Origin: Anaeramoeba ignava BMAN
Lineage: Eukaryota > Protista > Anaeramoebae
NCBI GenBank assembly: GCA_028826165.1
Contig: JAPDFW010000093.1
Location: 1 to 64,000, forward strand
Direction of reading: 5' to 3'
DNA: 64,000 bases
Shown: in pieces, positions 34,497 through 48,200 of the stretch
Numbering within the stretch: the stretch's first letter is position 1
Layout: each line of letters opens with the position of its first letter
Position numbers and translations under genes: made by a program
The notes under the pieces: generated by a model
Seen by the model: the letters and a program-made list of their open reading frames with translations, nothing else
Told to the model about the DNA's origin: nothing
The model's database searches: none

Positions 34497-37400
34497 TTAG
34501 CAGCAAGATTTCTTATTCTTTTTTTTAGCAAAATTAACTGTAGGAGACTTTTTTTTTGTTGAAAAATTTCCATTTCTTTTTTTTTTAAATAAAAATTTTT
34601 TAATTATTAAAATAAATAAATATTTGTTTGTTTTTGATAAATTAAAAATAAATTTACGCAGCTAAAGTTTGTTCTGCAAGTAAATGAAATGCTTCTGAAA
34701 CATTATTTCCAGTTTTTGCACTAACTTCAAAAAAAGAACATTTAAAATGTTTTGCAAGTTTCTTTTTACAAAATAAATTTTTTAATTCAAGTTTTTTAAT
34801 TCAAATTTTTTAATTCAAATTTTTTAATTCAAATTTTTTAATTCAAATTTTTTAATTCAAATTTTTTAATTCAAATTTTTTAATTAATATACTTTTCCAG
34901 ATTCTTCTGTAACATCTCTTTGATTTTCAAGATCTGCTTTGTTTCCAACAAGTAAATTAACTACATTTTCTGGAGCATTTGTTTTAATTTCTTGAAACCA
35001 ATGTTTAACTTGAGAGAATGAATCTTTTTTAGTTATATCATAAACAATCATAATTCCATCAGCATTTCTATAATAAGTTCCTGTAATTGTTCTAAAACGT
35101 TCTTGACCTTTTATTGAATTTAATTTTGATTTTAATTTTGATTTAATTTCAATTTTAATTTAATTTTGATTTTAATTTTGAATTTAATATTGAATTTAAT
35201 TTTTAATTTAATTTTGAATTTAATTTTGAATTTAATTTTGAATTTAATATTGAATTTAATTTTGAATTTAATTTTTGAATTTAATTTTGAATTTAATTTT
35301 GAATTTAATTTTGAATTTAATTTTGAATTTAATTTTGAATTTAATATTGAATTTAATTTTTAATTTAATTTTTAATTTAATATTTAATTTTGATTATTTA
35401 ATTTAATTTTTAATTTAATATTGAATTTAATTTTGATTTTAATTTTTAATTTAATTTTTAATTTAATATTTAATTTAATTTTGAATTTAATATTGAATTT
35501 AATTTTTAATTTAATTTTTAATTGAATTTTGAATTTTATATTTAATTTAATTTTATTTTTAATTTAATTTTTAATTTAATTTTTAATTTAATATTGAATT
35601 TTATTTTGAATTTAATATTTAATTTTATTTTTAATTTAATATTGAATTTAATTTTTAATTTAATTTTGAATTTAATATTGAATTTTATATTGAATTTAAT
35701 TTTTAATTTAATTTTGAATTTATTTAATTTAATATTGAATTTAATTTTTAATTTAATTTTGAATTTAATTTTGAATTTAATTTTGAATTTAATATTGAAT
35801 TTAATTTTGAATTTAATTTTGAATTTAATTTTGAATTTAATTTTGAATTTAATTTTGAATTTAATTTTGAATTTAATTTTGAATTTAATTTTGAATTTAA
35901 TTTTTAATTTCAATTTTTAATTGAATTTTTGAATTTAATTTTTAATTTAATATTTAATTTAATTTTTAATTTAATTTTGAATTTAATTTTTAATTTAAAT
36001 TTGAATTTAATTTTGAATTTAATTTTAATTTAATTTTGAATTTTAATTTAATTTAATTTTGAATTTAATTTTGAATTTAATATTGAATTTAATTTTGAAT
36101 TTTTAATTTTAATTGAATTTAATTTTGAATTTAATTTTGAATTTAATTTTGAATTTTTATTTTGAATTTAATATTGAATTTAATTTTTGGAATTTAATTT
36201 TTGAATTTAATTTTTAATTTAATTTTGAATTTAATTTTGAATTTTATATTGAATTTAATTTTGAAATTTTATATTGAATTTAATTTTTAATTTAATTTTT
36301 AATTTAATTTTGAATGTTGAAATTTATTTGTTGGAATTTAATATTGAATTTAATTTTTAATTTAATATTGAATTTAATTTTTAATTTAATATTGAATTTA
36401 ATTTTTAATTTAATATTGAATTTAATTTTTAATTTAATATTTAATTTAATTTTGAATTTAATATTTAATTTAATATTTAATTTAATTTTGAATTTAATAT
36501 TGAATTTAATATTTAATTTAATTTTGAATTTAATTTTTAATTTAATATTGAATTTAATATTGAATTTAATTTTGAATTTAATATTGAATTTAATTTTGAA
36601 TTTAATTTTGAATTTAATATTGAATTTAATTTTGAATTTAATTTTGAATTTAATTTTGAATTTAATATTTAATTTTATTTTTAATTTAATATTGAATTTA
36701 ATTTTTAATTTAATTTTGAATTTAATATTGAATTTTATATTGAATTTAATATTGAATTTAATATTGAATTTAATTTTGAATTTAATTTTGAATTTAATAT
36801 TGAATTTAATTTTGAATTTAATTTTTAATTTAATTTTGAATTTAATATTGAATTTAATTTTTAATTTAATATTGAATTTAATTTTTAATTTAATATTGAA
36901 TTTAATTTTGAATTGAATTTTGAATTGAATTTTGAATTGAATTTTGAATTTAATTTTGAATTTAATTTTGAATTTATTTGTTGGAATTTAATTTTGAATG
37001 TTGAAATTTATTTGTTGGAATTTAATTTTGAATGTTGAAATTTATTTGTTGGAATTTATTTGTTGGAATTTAATTTTGATTGTTAATTTGAATTATTAAA
37101 ATGAATTATTGAAAAACGTAAAATTAAAAATATTTAAAACACTCTTACCAGCAGTATCCCACTAAATTTAAAAATTATAAAAAGAATTCAATTAATGATT
37201 CAAAAATGGTATTTATTAATTAAAATTAAAATTAAAATTTAAAATTAAAATTTAAGTTAAAATTTGTTTCTTTTTTTTAAAAATAAAAAAATTTTTTTAT
37301 TTTAAAAATAAATAAAAAACAACTTACAATTTGAAGTTTAACTTCTTCATCATTAATTTTTAAAGTTGCAAAACGAAAATCAACACCAATTGTTGTACCC

Positions 37401-37510
37401 ATCTCTTCTGTAAATTGATTATCACAATAACGAAGTAAAATTGAACTTTTTCCAACAAGTGAATTACCAATAATTAAAATTTTTAAAGTTTTTTCTTCAT
37501 CTTCAGCCAT
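34497..37510 (-). CDS. RAB1: Rab GTPase, Rab1-like; exons 37510-37328, 37161-37149, 35107-34893, 34761-34658, 34575-34497
   Basis: GNSLVGKS, TIGVDF, WDTAGQERFRTITGTYYR, GNKAD, EVSAK, C-terminal SCC. All junctions are GT-AG and in frame. The subfamily is less certain than the Rab call. Confidence 0.88.
35108..37148 (-). repeat. 2 kb intron of 12-mer minisatellite (TTGAATTTAATT)n as read on +; the same unit recurs at about 37590-37825
   Basis: Directly visible; it generates the spurious LILN/KIKF ORFs. Confidence 0.93.
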
Positions 37511-37899
37511 TTTTTATTAAAAAAAAAACAATTAAAAATAACAAAAAAAAAGAAAAAAGGGAATTAAAAAAATGAAAAAAAATTTTTCAATTTAATTTTT
37601 TAATTTAATTTTGAATTTAATTTTGAATTTAATATTTAATTTAATTTTTAATTTAATATTGAATTTAATATTGAATTTAATTTTGAATTTAATTTTGAAT
37701 TTAATATTTAATTTAATATTGAATTTAATTTTGAATTTAATTTTGAATTTTATTTTGAATTTTGAATTTAATTTAATTTTGAATTTAATTTTGAATTTAA
37801 TATTGAATTTTATTTTGAATTTTATTCCACTTTTTTTTTGTTAAGTTAAAAAATTATTTTCTTTTCTTTTTTTTTTAAAAAAAATTCACAAATAAAATC

Positions 37900-40800
37900 T
37901 TAAAAAAATTTAAAATGACCAGCAGAAATAATTTTTCCACCATAAGAAGATAAGAAATTAACTGTAATAATTTTCCCACGGATTGGGTTCTGAAAATAAA
38001 AATGCAAATGAGTACCATTTTGACACTTAGGAATAACAAATTTACCAATCATCAATTGAGCAACAAATTCACCCTTTTTATTCGTGGAAACCATAGTCAT
38101 AATTATATTCTTTGGCTGAGAACAAAACCCCTCTGATCCATGAGAAACAATATACACAAATCCAGACACAATTTCATTGTTAATTGTAAGCTTTAATACA
38201 TGTGTCTCAGTTTCATATATAGATGAAGATGGAATAATGTAATTTTGATGAAGTTTGAAATTTTTTGTATTCAATTTTTCATTTAAATTGACTGGTTTAC
38301 TGATTGTTTCTGTTATAGGTAATCTCTGTTTTTCAAAATCAGGAATTCCATGAATAACAATTCGACCCAAATGAATTCTGGGTAATGAAAATTTGCGTTT
38401 TGGAAAAAGAATATCAGAATTTTTTGAATTTTGGTTTTGATTTTGATTTTGATTTTCATTTTGATTTTGATTTTGATTTTGATTTTGATTTTGATTTTGA
38501 TTTTGATTTTATATTTTGATTTATATTTTGATTTTGATTTTGATTTTGATTTTCATTTTGAATTTCATTTTGAATTTCATTTTCATTTTGATTTTGATTT
38601 TGATTTTGATTTTGATTTTGATTTTGATTTTGATTTTCATTTTCAATTTGATTTTGATTTGGAATTGTAATTATTAAAGATAAAATTTGGCAAGTTTTAA
38701 TTTCTGATAATTTAAATTTTAAAACAGAAAAGGGTGAAATTCCAATATTATTTTTCTCATCTAACCGAATAAGATTTTTGCGAAGATCCCATTCACCAAT
38801 TGGCTCTATTGTTTGTGGATATTTTGTTCCACCTTGAATTTCAATAATTGGGGCATCCTTTTGAGAATAACCAATTGAATCAACAAAAAGTGAAATTTCA
38901 TGAATTTCTGCTTGACAACTTAAAGAGATCATAATTTCCACACTTTGAACTCCTTTTGGCGCAAACCAAAATCGCTGATTGATTAACCGAGAGCTCAGAA
39001 GTACTGATTCTACAGGCACAGAGTTGAAATCTGTTGGTACTTTCCTTAGAATTCCTGCAAAAGGAAGTCGAGAAACTTCAACTAAATTTTCCGTTTTTAT
39101 TTTTTCTTCGTTTTTTATGTTTTCGTTATTGCTTTCTATTGTATCTCCCTTTATTTCTTGTTTATCTTGTTTCTGGTCTTTTCCTTTTGAAAGGTTTTCT
39201 ATCCATTGTATTTTTTCTAAGAAGTAGATTTGTGATAAAATTGGAATCAAAGAGTGTTTTGTTTGAGGTTCATTTTCTTCAATTTCTTTTTCTTGTGAGT
39301 TTAATTCGTTTATTGCATCAATTTTATTTTGTTGTTTTATGATCTTTTCTCCACATTTCTTGCAAACAGAAGAGGGTTCTGTCCACATATATTCAATAAT
39401 CTAAATGAAAAAAATTTTTGACAGTTTTTTTTTCGAAATTTTTTTTTTAGGAATTTAAATTTAAATTTAAATTTAATTAATTGAATGAATAATAAACTTA
39501 TTAGAAATTATTTTCATCTGTAGATATGAAACGGCACGAACTTCTACATTTTTGTACCATGCCGTTCAAAGTATCTACAGATAATAAAATACCTTCATTT
39601 TTGATGGATGCATGCAAGAAGAACAAAATTTTTTAAAGCAATAAAAACATTGATGTTTTTTTAGCCTTAACGAAGCACCACATTCTGGATTTGAGCAAGT
39701 ATTTGTGGAGTATTTCTTGCTCTTCATAATTTGCTTGATGATTTTTTCCTCTCGCTTAAAGATGAAGCGTTCTGGGTTATAATCATGAAGTTCCTTTTTG
39801 AGTTTTTGGAAAGTGTAATCTCTCTCTGCAGCAGTCAATCCCAATTTGAGTCTTTTTGCTTCTAGCTTGAGCGTGTCAATGAGTTCGATTGTTCTTTTTT
39901 GTGATTGAACAGTAGTCAGAATTTTCTTCACATATTTTTCATAGCGTTTAGTCATGATCACAATTTCATTCTCTTCATTATCCGCATTAATTGGAGGTGT
40001 TTGTGGCAGCGTTAGTAGATTCTCTCTTGAGCTTTCAACAGGCGTGTTCTCATCATTTCTGTTTGTTTCATCATCACCATCAAATTCCTTGTTTTCGTTA
40101 AACTGTTCGTGATCCGATTTGCTGATGTTTGATTTACTTTCGATTTTTTGTGTGTGATCCGATTTTTTTGGATCGGATTTTTTGGATGAACTTTTAGATA
40201 ATCTGTCAATATAATCATCCACAATAGTCAACGGACGAAGCAGAAGAATATAATTTTGGAATTCATGCTTGAGTTGTTTTTGAGCAATTCTGAAGAAGGG
40301 GTTGAGTCTCAGATTTGTTTCTTCGTGCTCGATGCGCTTGTCAATTCCTGTTGTAAATAAAGTTTGAGCTGGAATTTCCATAACAGATTCATTCAAAAAG
40401 GTTTGTTGAGGAGAATGTGTTTTGGGGTCTTTTAATTTGCGAGTTAAAACTTGTTTATTTTGCAAATTTTTCAAAGGTGTGATCTGCGAAATTGATCGTA
40501 ATTGAAGTGGAATAACGGATTGGGGGATAATTTTGTTTTCTTCATTAAAATGAATAAGAGTTCCTAAAATATCTATTTTCCCGAATGCAATTTGTTTTTT
40601 AAGTAAGTCAGAAGGAAGGAAATTATAAATGGAAATCAAAACAAAACGAGCTGGAGTTTCATCAATTTCTATATTGCTTTCAAAATTGTAAGTTTCCTGG
40701 AAGTTTTGTTGCATTCGAGCTATTTCCGAACGTGTGAAACGATAGTAAAGTTGTGTTCCATTCGGACATGCTGGTATTTGGAGATTGTGAAATAGTATTC

Positions 40801-43800
40801 TCATGTTATCGATGTAATCTCCAACAAAAACATCAACAACTAAAGGAATTGGTTGATGTTTTCCTCCTGTTTGTGTTGTGAAACATATTTCTTTAACTTT
40901 ACATGGCTGGCGAAGACAGAGATATATCTTAAATTTTTTGGATAATAATTAAATTAAATAAATTTTTTGGATAATTATTAGAATAATTATTAGAATAATT
41001 AAATAATTAGAATAATTAGAATAATTATTAAAATTAAATAATTAAATAATTAAATAAATTTTTTGAATAATTAAATAATTAAATAAATTTTTTGGATAAT
41101 TTTTTGGATAATTATTAAAATAAATTTTTGAATAATTATTAGAATAATTATTAAAATTAAATAATTAAATAATTATTAGAATAATTAAATAATTTGAATA
41201 ATTAAATAAATTTTTAAATAAATTTTTTGGATAATTTTTGAATAATCTTTAAAATTGATTAAAATCTTTAAAATTGAATAAATCTCTAAAATTATTAAAA
41301 TAATTGAATAAATTCTTGTTAATAGATTCCAAATACTTGAATCACAGGCTGCTTTAAAGAACTAATCCAACAAACATTTGGATCATTGAAAATTCTTTCA
41401 GGATATTCATATTCTTTATTTTCTGGAAGAATCTCTTCATAGCTAACATCTTTAAAACACCAAGAAGGAAATGAACTCACAAGAGATAAATTATGATGAG
41501 GATCCTCTTCAATAACCTTCTTCTGTTGAATTCCTAAAAACACTTCAATTTGCATTTGACGACCTTTATCTTCACTTTTTTTTGAATATCTTTTTCTTAT
41601 CAATTTCGAAATAGCACTTGTTTTGTTTCCTGTATACTTCATTAAAACTTGGTTCTTTTTTGGAACCTTATTTGAATAAATAAATGAATGAGCTTCATTA
41701 CTAAGAGAAAACATAATCCCAAGATTATGCAAAATTTCTGGATCTAATAATTCCAAAATTTCTTGAAATGAAAATTCAAATCCTCTCCAACTTTCAGATA
41801 TTTTATCCATAATATTTTGAGGGAAAACTTGAACAATTCGAAGCATTTCAACAACAATTTGGATTGAAGAAAAAAACCCAGCAAGATTTGTGATTTCAAG
41901 TGAATCAAAACAACTGAAAAACATGATTCCTTTCTGTCTTGAAAGAGATTCAAACAACGCCCAGTGACCATCTGGACATACAACTGGACCCAATGAAAAA
42001 GTCTCGAAAACTAAATCCATTGGTTGATTTAATTGTGAAGTAAATTCTTCTGTTAATTCTTCAAGGCGAATCACACCATGATTCAATCCATGCTTGATAA
42101 TATCATGTTTAATAAAAGCCCAAAAATCAACAATACATTGATTTTGAGAAATAAATCTATCTTTCCAATCAAAATTAACAAAAGAAAGACTAACATCAAG
42201 TAATTTTTCAACATGAGCATGAGAATGCTCAAAATCTTCCATAATTTCAATTTCCTTATTTCCTTGTGCTTGTTTCATTAAACTTAGGCACGAAATGTTG
42301 TCTGTATTGTGCCGTTGAGAAATTCGAGAATAAAATTTGTCAGAAAAGCTCCATCGATTAAGGTTGTTTTCTTGATCTTGTTCTCCATTTGTTTCTGTTC
42401 TTGGAGCATTACAATAAATTGGTGCTGTTCCTCGAATCCAAATAAAAGAAAACCATTTTATTATGTTCTTATTTTTATCCATGGATATAAATTCATTTTC
42501 AATTTCATTTGCCGAACCTTTTTATTTGTTTAAATTTCATTTTAAATTTAAATAATCAATATAAATATCTTTCAGTTTTGAATTTTAAATTTTGAATAAT
42601 AATAAATATCTTTCAATTTTGAATAATAATAAATATCTTTCAATTTTGAATAATAATCAATATCTTTCAATTTTTGAATTTTGAATTTTGAGTAATAATA
42701 ATAATAAATATCTTTCAATTTTGAATTTAAATCTTTAAATTTTGAATAATAATAAATATCTTTCAATTTTGAATAATAATCAATATCTTTCAATTTTGAA
42801 TTTTAATTTTGAATAATAATAATAATAATAATAAATATCTTTCAATCCATTTTAATTTTGAGTAATAATAAATATCTTTCAATTTTGAATTTAAATTTTG
42901 AATAATAATAATAAATATCTTTCAATTTTGAATAATAATAATAATAAATATCTTTCAATCCATTTTAATTTTAAATAATAATAAATATAAATATCTTTCA
43001 ATCCATTTTAATTTTGAGTAATAATGAATATCTTTCAATCCATTTTAATTTTGAATAATAATGAATATCTTTCAATTTTGAATTTAAATTTTGAATAATA
43101 ATGAATATAAATATCTTTCAATTCTTCATTTAAATTTTGAATAATAATAATATCTTTCAATTTTGAATTTTAATTTTGAATAATAATAAATATCTTTCAA
43201 TTCTTTCAATTCTTCATTTTAATTTTGAATTTTAAATTATTACTAACCTCCTTTATCATTTAAACCTTTAGAATATGACATAATTGCTGGATTTAATGTA
43301 CATTTTCTTGTTAGAAGAATCATTTTGGTTTCTTGATTTTGACTTAATTTTAATTTTTGAATTTAATTTTTGAATTTAATTTTAATTTTGATTTTTGAAT
43401 TTAATTTTTGATTTAGATTTTGGATTTGAATTTAATTTTTAATTTTAATTTTAATTTTGATTTAAATTTTTATTTTGATTATTTTGATTTTGATTATTTT
43501 GATTTTGATTATTTTGATTTTAATTATTTTGATTTTGATTTTGATTATTTAGATTTATATTTAGATTTATATTAATATTTATATTTAGATTTAGATTTTG
43601 ATTTTGAATTTAATTTTGATTTTGATTTTTGATTTTGATTTTGATTTTGATTTTGATTTTGATTTTGATTATTTTGATTTTGATTTTGATTTTGATTTTG
43701 AATTTGATTTTGATTTTGATTTTGATTTTGATTTTGATTTTGATTTTGATTTTGATTTTGATTTTGATTTTGATTTTAATTTTGATTTTGATTTTGATTT

Positions 43801-45037
43801 TGATTTTGATTTTGATTTTGATTTTGATTTTGATTTTGATTTTAATTTAATTTAAATTTTGATTTTGATTTTGATTTTGATTTTGATTTTGATTTTGATT
43901 TTGATTTTGATTTTGATTTTGATTTTTGACTTAATTTTGATTTTGATTTTGATTTACTCATTTTTTATAATAGCTTCAGATACAACTCCTTGAATTAAAA
44001 CAATACACCAATTTTTTAATCCAACTGAATCAAATGGTTCCATAATATGTTTATTATAACAGAAATTAGGATTGAAACTAAGAAATATTTTAATAATAAA
44101 ATAAATCAATTTTTAAATTGAGTAGATTGATTAATTTTAATTAAAAAAAAGTAAATAAAAAACTACTTAGAAACTGAATATTTAGATGGAAAAGGTCGAG
44201 TAAGATCCATTGATTCACAATAATAATGAAGACCATCAATTGGATATTCAGATAAAATATTTGATAAATCTTTTTTCATTCTTTTAAAAATTTTAATTTT
44301 AATTTTGATTTTATAAATGAATTTAAATTTTAAATTGAATTTGATTTTGATTCGAATTTTTGTTTTAATTTTAATTTTATAATTTTAATTTTGATTTTAA
44401 ATTGAATTTTATTTACTGAACTCCTTCTTGAAAATATCTTAAAGGTATTTTTATACATGCACTTTTTGTAATTGTATAAATAATATGACCTCCATAAAAA
44501 TTTATAGGAGAAGTCTATTAAAAAATAAATTCAAAAATCAAAAAAGAAAAAAAATTAATTTTCAATTTTCAATTTTCAAATCAATTTGTTTTTGAATAAT
44601 TTTGTTTTTTTTTCTTCACTTTAATAGCCAAAATTATCAAAGAAAAACCTTCAACAATATGATATCCAATTAAAGCTTGAGCTTTTGTTGTAGTTTGAAC
44701 TTCAACTTTTAAATGATTCACTAAATAATTAACAGCACTTTCTTCACTTTGAAAAAGATCAACTCCTTGACGAGCTGAATAATGAAGACTCCCAACTATA
44801 GGATCAATTGATATTATTTGTGTATCTTTTCTTGTTGATAAAGATGATATTATAAACTATTCATAAATATTGTTTTCATTTTGGTTCAAAATTAATAAAA
44901 ATTTTTTCTAATTCTTTTTTTTTTTATTCTTTTTTTTTATTCTTTTTTTTTTATACGTATTGATTTGCTTTTGATTGAATTATTAAATGTGAAGTTTTTC
45001 TTTGTGTTTCCCAAAAAATTGATTTTGGTTTTGACAT
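37900..45037 (-). CDS. SAC9: SAC9-like phosphoinositide phosphatase family protein with a FYVE-like zinc finger (9 exons; frameshift in the N/Q repeat near 38500)
   Basis: FIISSLSTRKDTQIISIDPIVGSLHY...GVDLFQSEESAVNY, IDGLHYYCESMDLTRPFPS, SANEIENE, SFIWIRGTAPI, IYLCLRQPCKVKEI...IPACPNGTQL all follow the plant SAC9 pattern. Confidence 0.85.
39516..39582 (-). other. GC-richer stem-loop inside a SAC9 intron
   Basis: ATCTGTAGATA...TATCTACAGAT perfect 11-bp inverted repeat enclosing AACGGCA...TGCCGTT. Confidence 0.8.
42555..43235. repeat. Intronic minisatellite with ~24-30 nt unit (AATATCTTTCAATTTTGAATAATAAT)
   Basis: Directly visible degenerate tandem copies. Confidence 0.88.
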
Positions 45038-45272
45038 TTTTTTTATTATTATAAAAAAAAGAGAATTAAAAAAATGAAAAAAAATGAAAAAAAAAAAATT
45101 CTCAAATTTATTCTCAAATTTATTTTTGTTTAAAATTAAAATTATTCCAAAAAATTTATTCCATTATTTTTTTTTTATTGATTTTTTTTTCTAAAACAAA
45201 AATTCAAAAAGAAAATTAAAGGGAAATTTATTAGAAATTGAAAAATGAAAAATGAATTAATTAATTGATTAA

Positions 45273-48200
45273 TTAATTGATTAAAGTGTTAAGATCCATT
45301 GTTTCTAAATAAAGTCGAATATCTTCAAGAAATCTTGTTGCATGTGAACCGTTATGCATTCGATGATCAAAAACAAGATTTATATCCAAAACATTGCAAG
45401 GAATAATCATTCCATCAACAAATCTTGGGAGATTCATTATACTACCAACTCCAATCATTCCTAATTGACCAGGAATAACAAAAGGTGTTCCTGTTTTCAC
45501 TTTTGTTGCGAATCCAACATTTGTGACTGTAAGTGTTGCTCCTTGCAAATCATCGAGTTTAATCTCATTGTTTCGAACTTTTTGTGAAAGTGAATTAACT
45601 TTCTCACAAAATTGAATGAAATTGAGTTTGTTTGCATTTCGGACAACTGGTGTATAAAGATCTTCATTGAGTTGATTAATTGCGGCAAATCCCAAATTAA
45701 CATTTTTTGAAACTTTGAGTTTTTTTCCATCTTTGTCAAGAATTCCTCTAAATGTTGAATTATGATCAGTTTGCATTGCTTTATTAACTGCCCAAAGAAT
45801 AATATCAGTCACTGTTACATGAACATGATATTTTTCTTCAATCTTCTTTTTTAATTGATTGCGTTGCTTCTCAATTTTTGTCATGTTGACTTCTGTTTGA
45901 ATATTCACTGTTGGTGTTTCAAGTTGTGATTTAAGAGCCAATGCTCCGACTTGGAGTTGTGGTTTTGAAAGGATAACTTCTTGATATTCAGGCTCTTTTT
46001 GTGAGATTGATTGGCTTTCTTGTTGATTGACTTTTTCATTTGATTTTTCAGAAATCTTATCTTCACCAGTTAATGATTTATCAGAAACTTCAATTCGAAT
46101 CACTGGAACTTCTACTGGCACAATTTCTCCTTCATTAACAAGTATTTGGCGGACTCTTCCGTTAACAGGACTTGTTATTGTGAATGAACCTTTATTTGCT
46201 TCACAATCTGCAAGTGGCTGATCAATTTTCACAATATCATCTGGTTTCACTAAAAACTTGACAATTGTTGCATCTTCATCTGAGGGTGAATTGCGAGGAA
46301 CAACAACAGGGAAAAGTTGCTTATTCTCTTCTTTGAGTCCTTTTTCTGGTTCTGTTGGTTTTGCTGGTTTTTCTTTCGGGATATTTTCTAAAAATGTGTT
46401 TGACACATGAATTTCAAAAACTGGTTTATTAACAAGAACAATATCTCCTTCTTTGGCAAGAATTCCAACAATTTCTCCATCATAAGGAGATTCCAATTCA
46501 AAGCTTCCTTTACTTGCTTCGAATTCTGCAATGATTGCGCCTTGTTTGACATGATCTCCAATTTTTGCATTAAGTTTTATAAGTGTTGAATCTTGATCTG
46601 ATGGTGAAACTTGAGGAAGTGTGATATGAAGGATTTGATATTCTCCTGGAAGTTTTTCTTTTTTTATCTCTTCAATTTGTTTTGGTTTTTCTTCTTTGAT
46701 CTCTTCGATTTTCTTTGGTTTTTCAACTTTTGCTGATATTAGATTATCTGCAAACAAATCTCCTTTTAAATTGCTTGTTTTGTATTCTTGGAGTTTTACA
46801 AGGTTTTGAACTACACTTTCAACACTTGGAAGAATTGCTTGATTTAAATCATATTGGAATGGATTGAAATCATCTGTTTTTGTATTTCTTAATGGAGGAG
46901 CTTTTAAGTATTGGTGTCCTTGAGTAATCATTTCTGAAACGATCTCTCCAGCCATTCCGCAAGTTTTTGCATCTTCATGAACAACAAGAAGTTTTCCTGT
47001 TTTCTTAATTGAATTCAACACTGTGCGTTCATCCCAAGGAACAATAGTTCTTAAATCAATCACTTCCGCATTAATTCCGTACTGTTCTTTTGCTATTTTA
47101 GCTGCTTGTGTGCAAATTTTCACTGTATTTCCATAGGTTACAATTGTTACATCTTCTCCTGGTTTAACAATTCTTGCAACTCCAAATGGAATCATACAAT
47201 CTTTATCTGGTGTACTTATTGTGTCAGTTGATGAATGAAGTAAAACTTTTGGATACAAATATATAACAGGACGTTTTGATCTTAATGCAAATCTAAGAAG
47301 GCCTGCAGCATCAGCAGCGTTACTTGGGATAACAATATTAAATCCAGGGTTGTGCTAAAAATTTTGATAAAGAATATTTATTTAAATTAAATATTTATAT
47401 TGAATATTTATATTAGATAATATTTAAATTAAATAATATTTATATTAAATTATATTTAAATTGAATAATATTTATATTAAATATTTATATTAAATAATAT
47501 TTATATTAAATAATATTTATATTAAATAATATTTATATTAAATAATATTTATATTGAATATTTATATTAAATAATATTTATATTAAATAATATTTATATT
47601 AAATAATATTTATATTAAATATTTATATTGAATAATATTTATATTGAATAATATTTATATTGAATAATATTTATATTGAATAATATTTAAATTGAATATT
47701 TATATTAAATATTTATATTAAATATTTATATTAAATAATATTTATATTAAATAATATTTATATTAAATATTTAAATTGAATAATATTTATATTGAATATT
47801 TATATTAAATATTAAATATTTATATTAGATAATATTTATATTGAATATTTATATTAGATAATATTTATATTGGATAATATTTATATTGGATAATATTTAT
47901 ATTAAATAATATTTATATTAAATATTTATATTGGATAATAATATTTAAATTATATTTATATTGGATAATATTTATATTTAAATAATATTTATATTGAATT
48001 AAATACTGCAAATTGAGCTTCACTCGTTGCTGCATGATATGCTCCAACTCCAGGTGTATATGCTCCATATGATGCCATTAATACCTAATTTATTGATTCC
48101 AAATTTGTTATTTTGATTTTGATTTTCATTAATCAATTAACTTACAACAGGTGTTGTATATTGTCCATTAGATCTCCAATGCATCATTCCAATTTGTGTC

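Noticed and set aside
42555-43235. Regularly spaced ~27-nt repeats suggesting a CRISPR array
   Set aside because: No unique spacers, degenerate tandem units, located in a spliceosomal intron, no cas genes.
43920-43958. Copy of the acceptor context (AAAATTAAG|TCAAAA) about 28 nt into a SAC9 intron, suggesting a tiny alternative intron
   Set aside because: Using it leads into repeat sequence with stops; more likely a by-product of repeat expansion.
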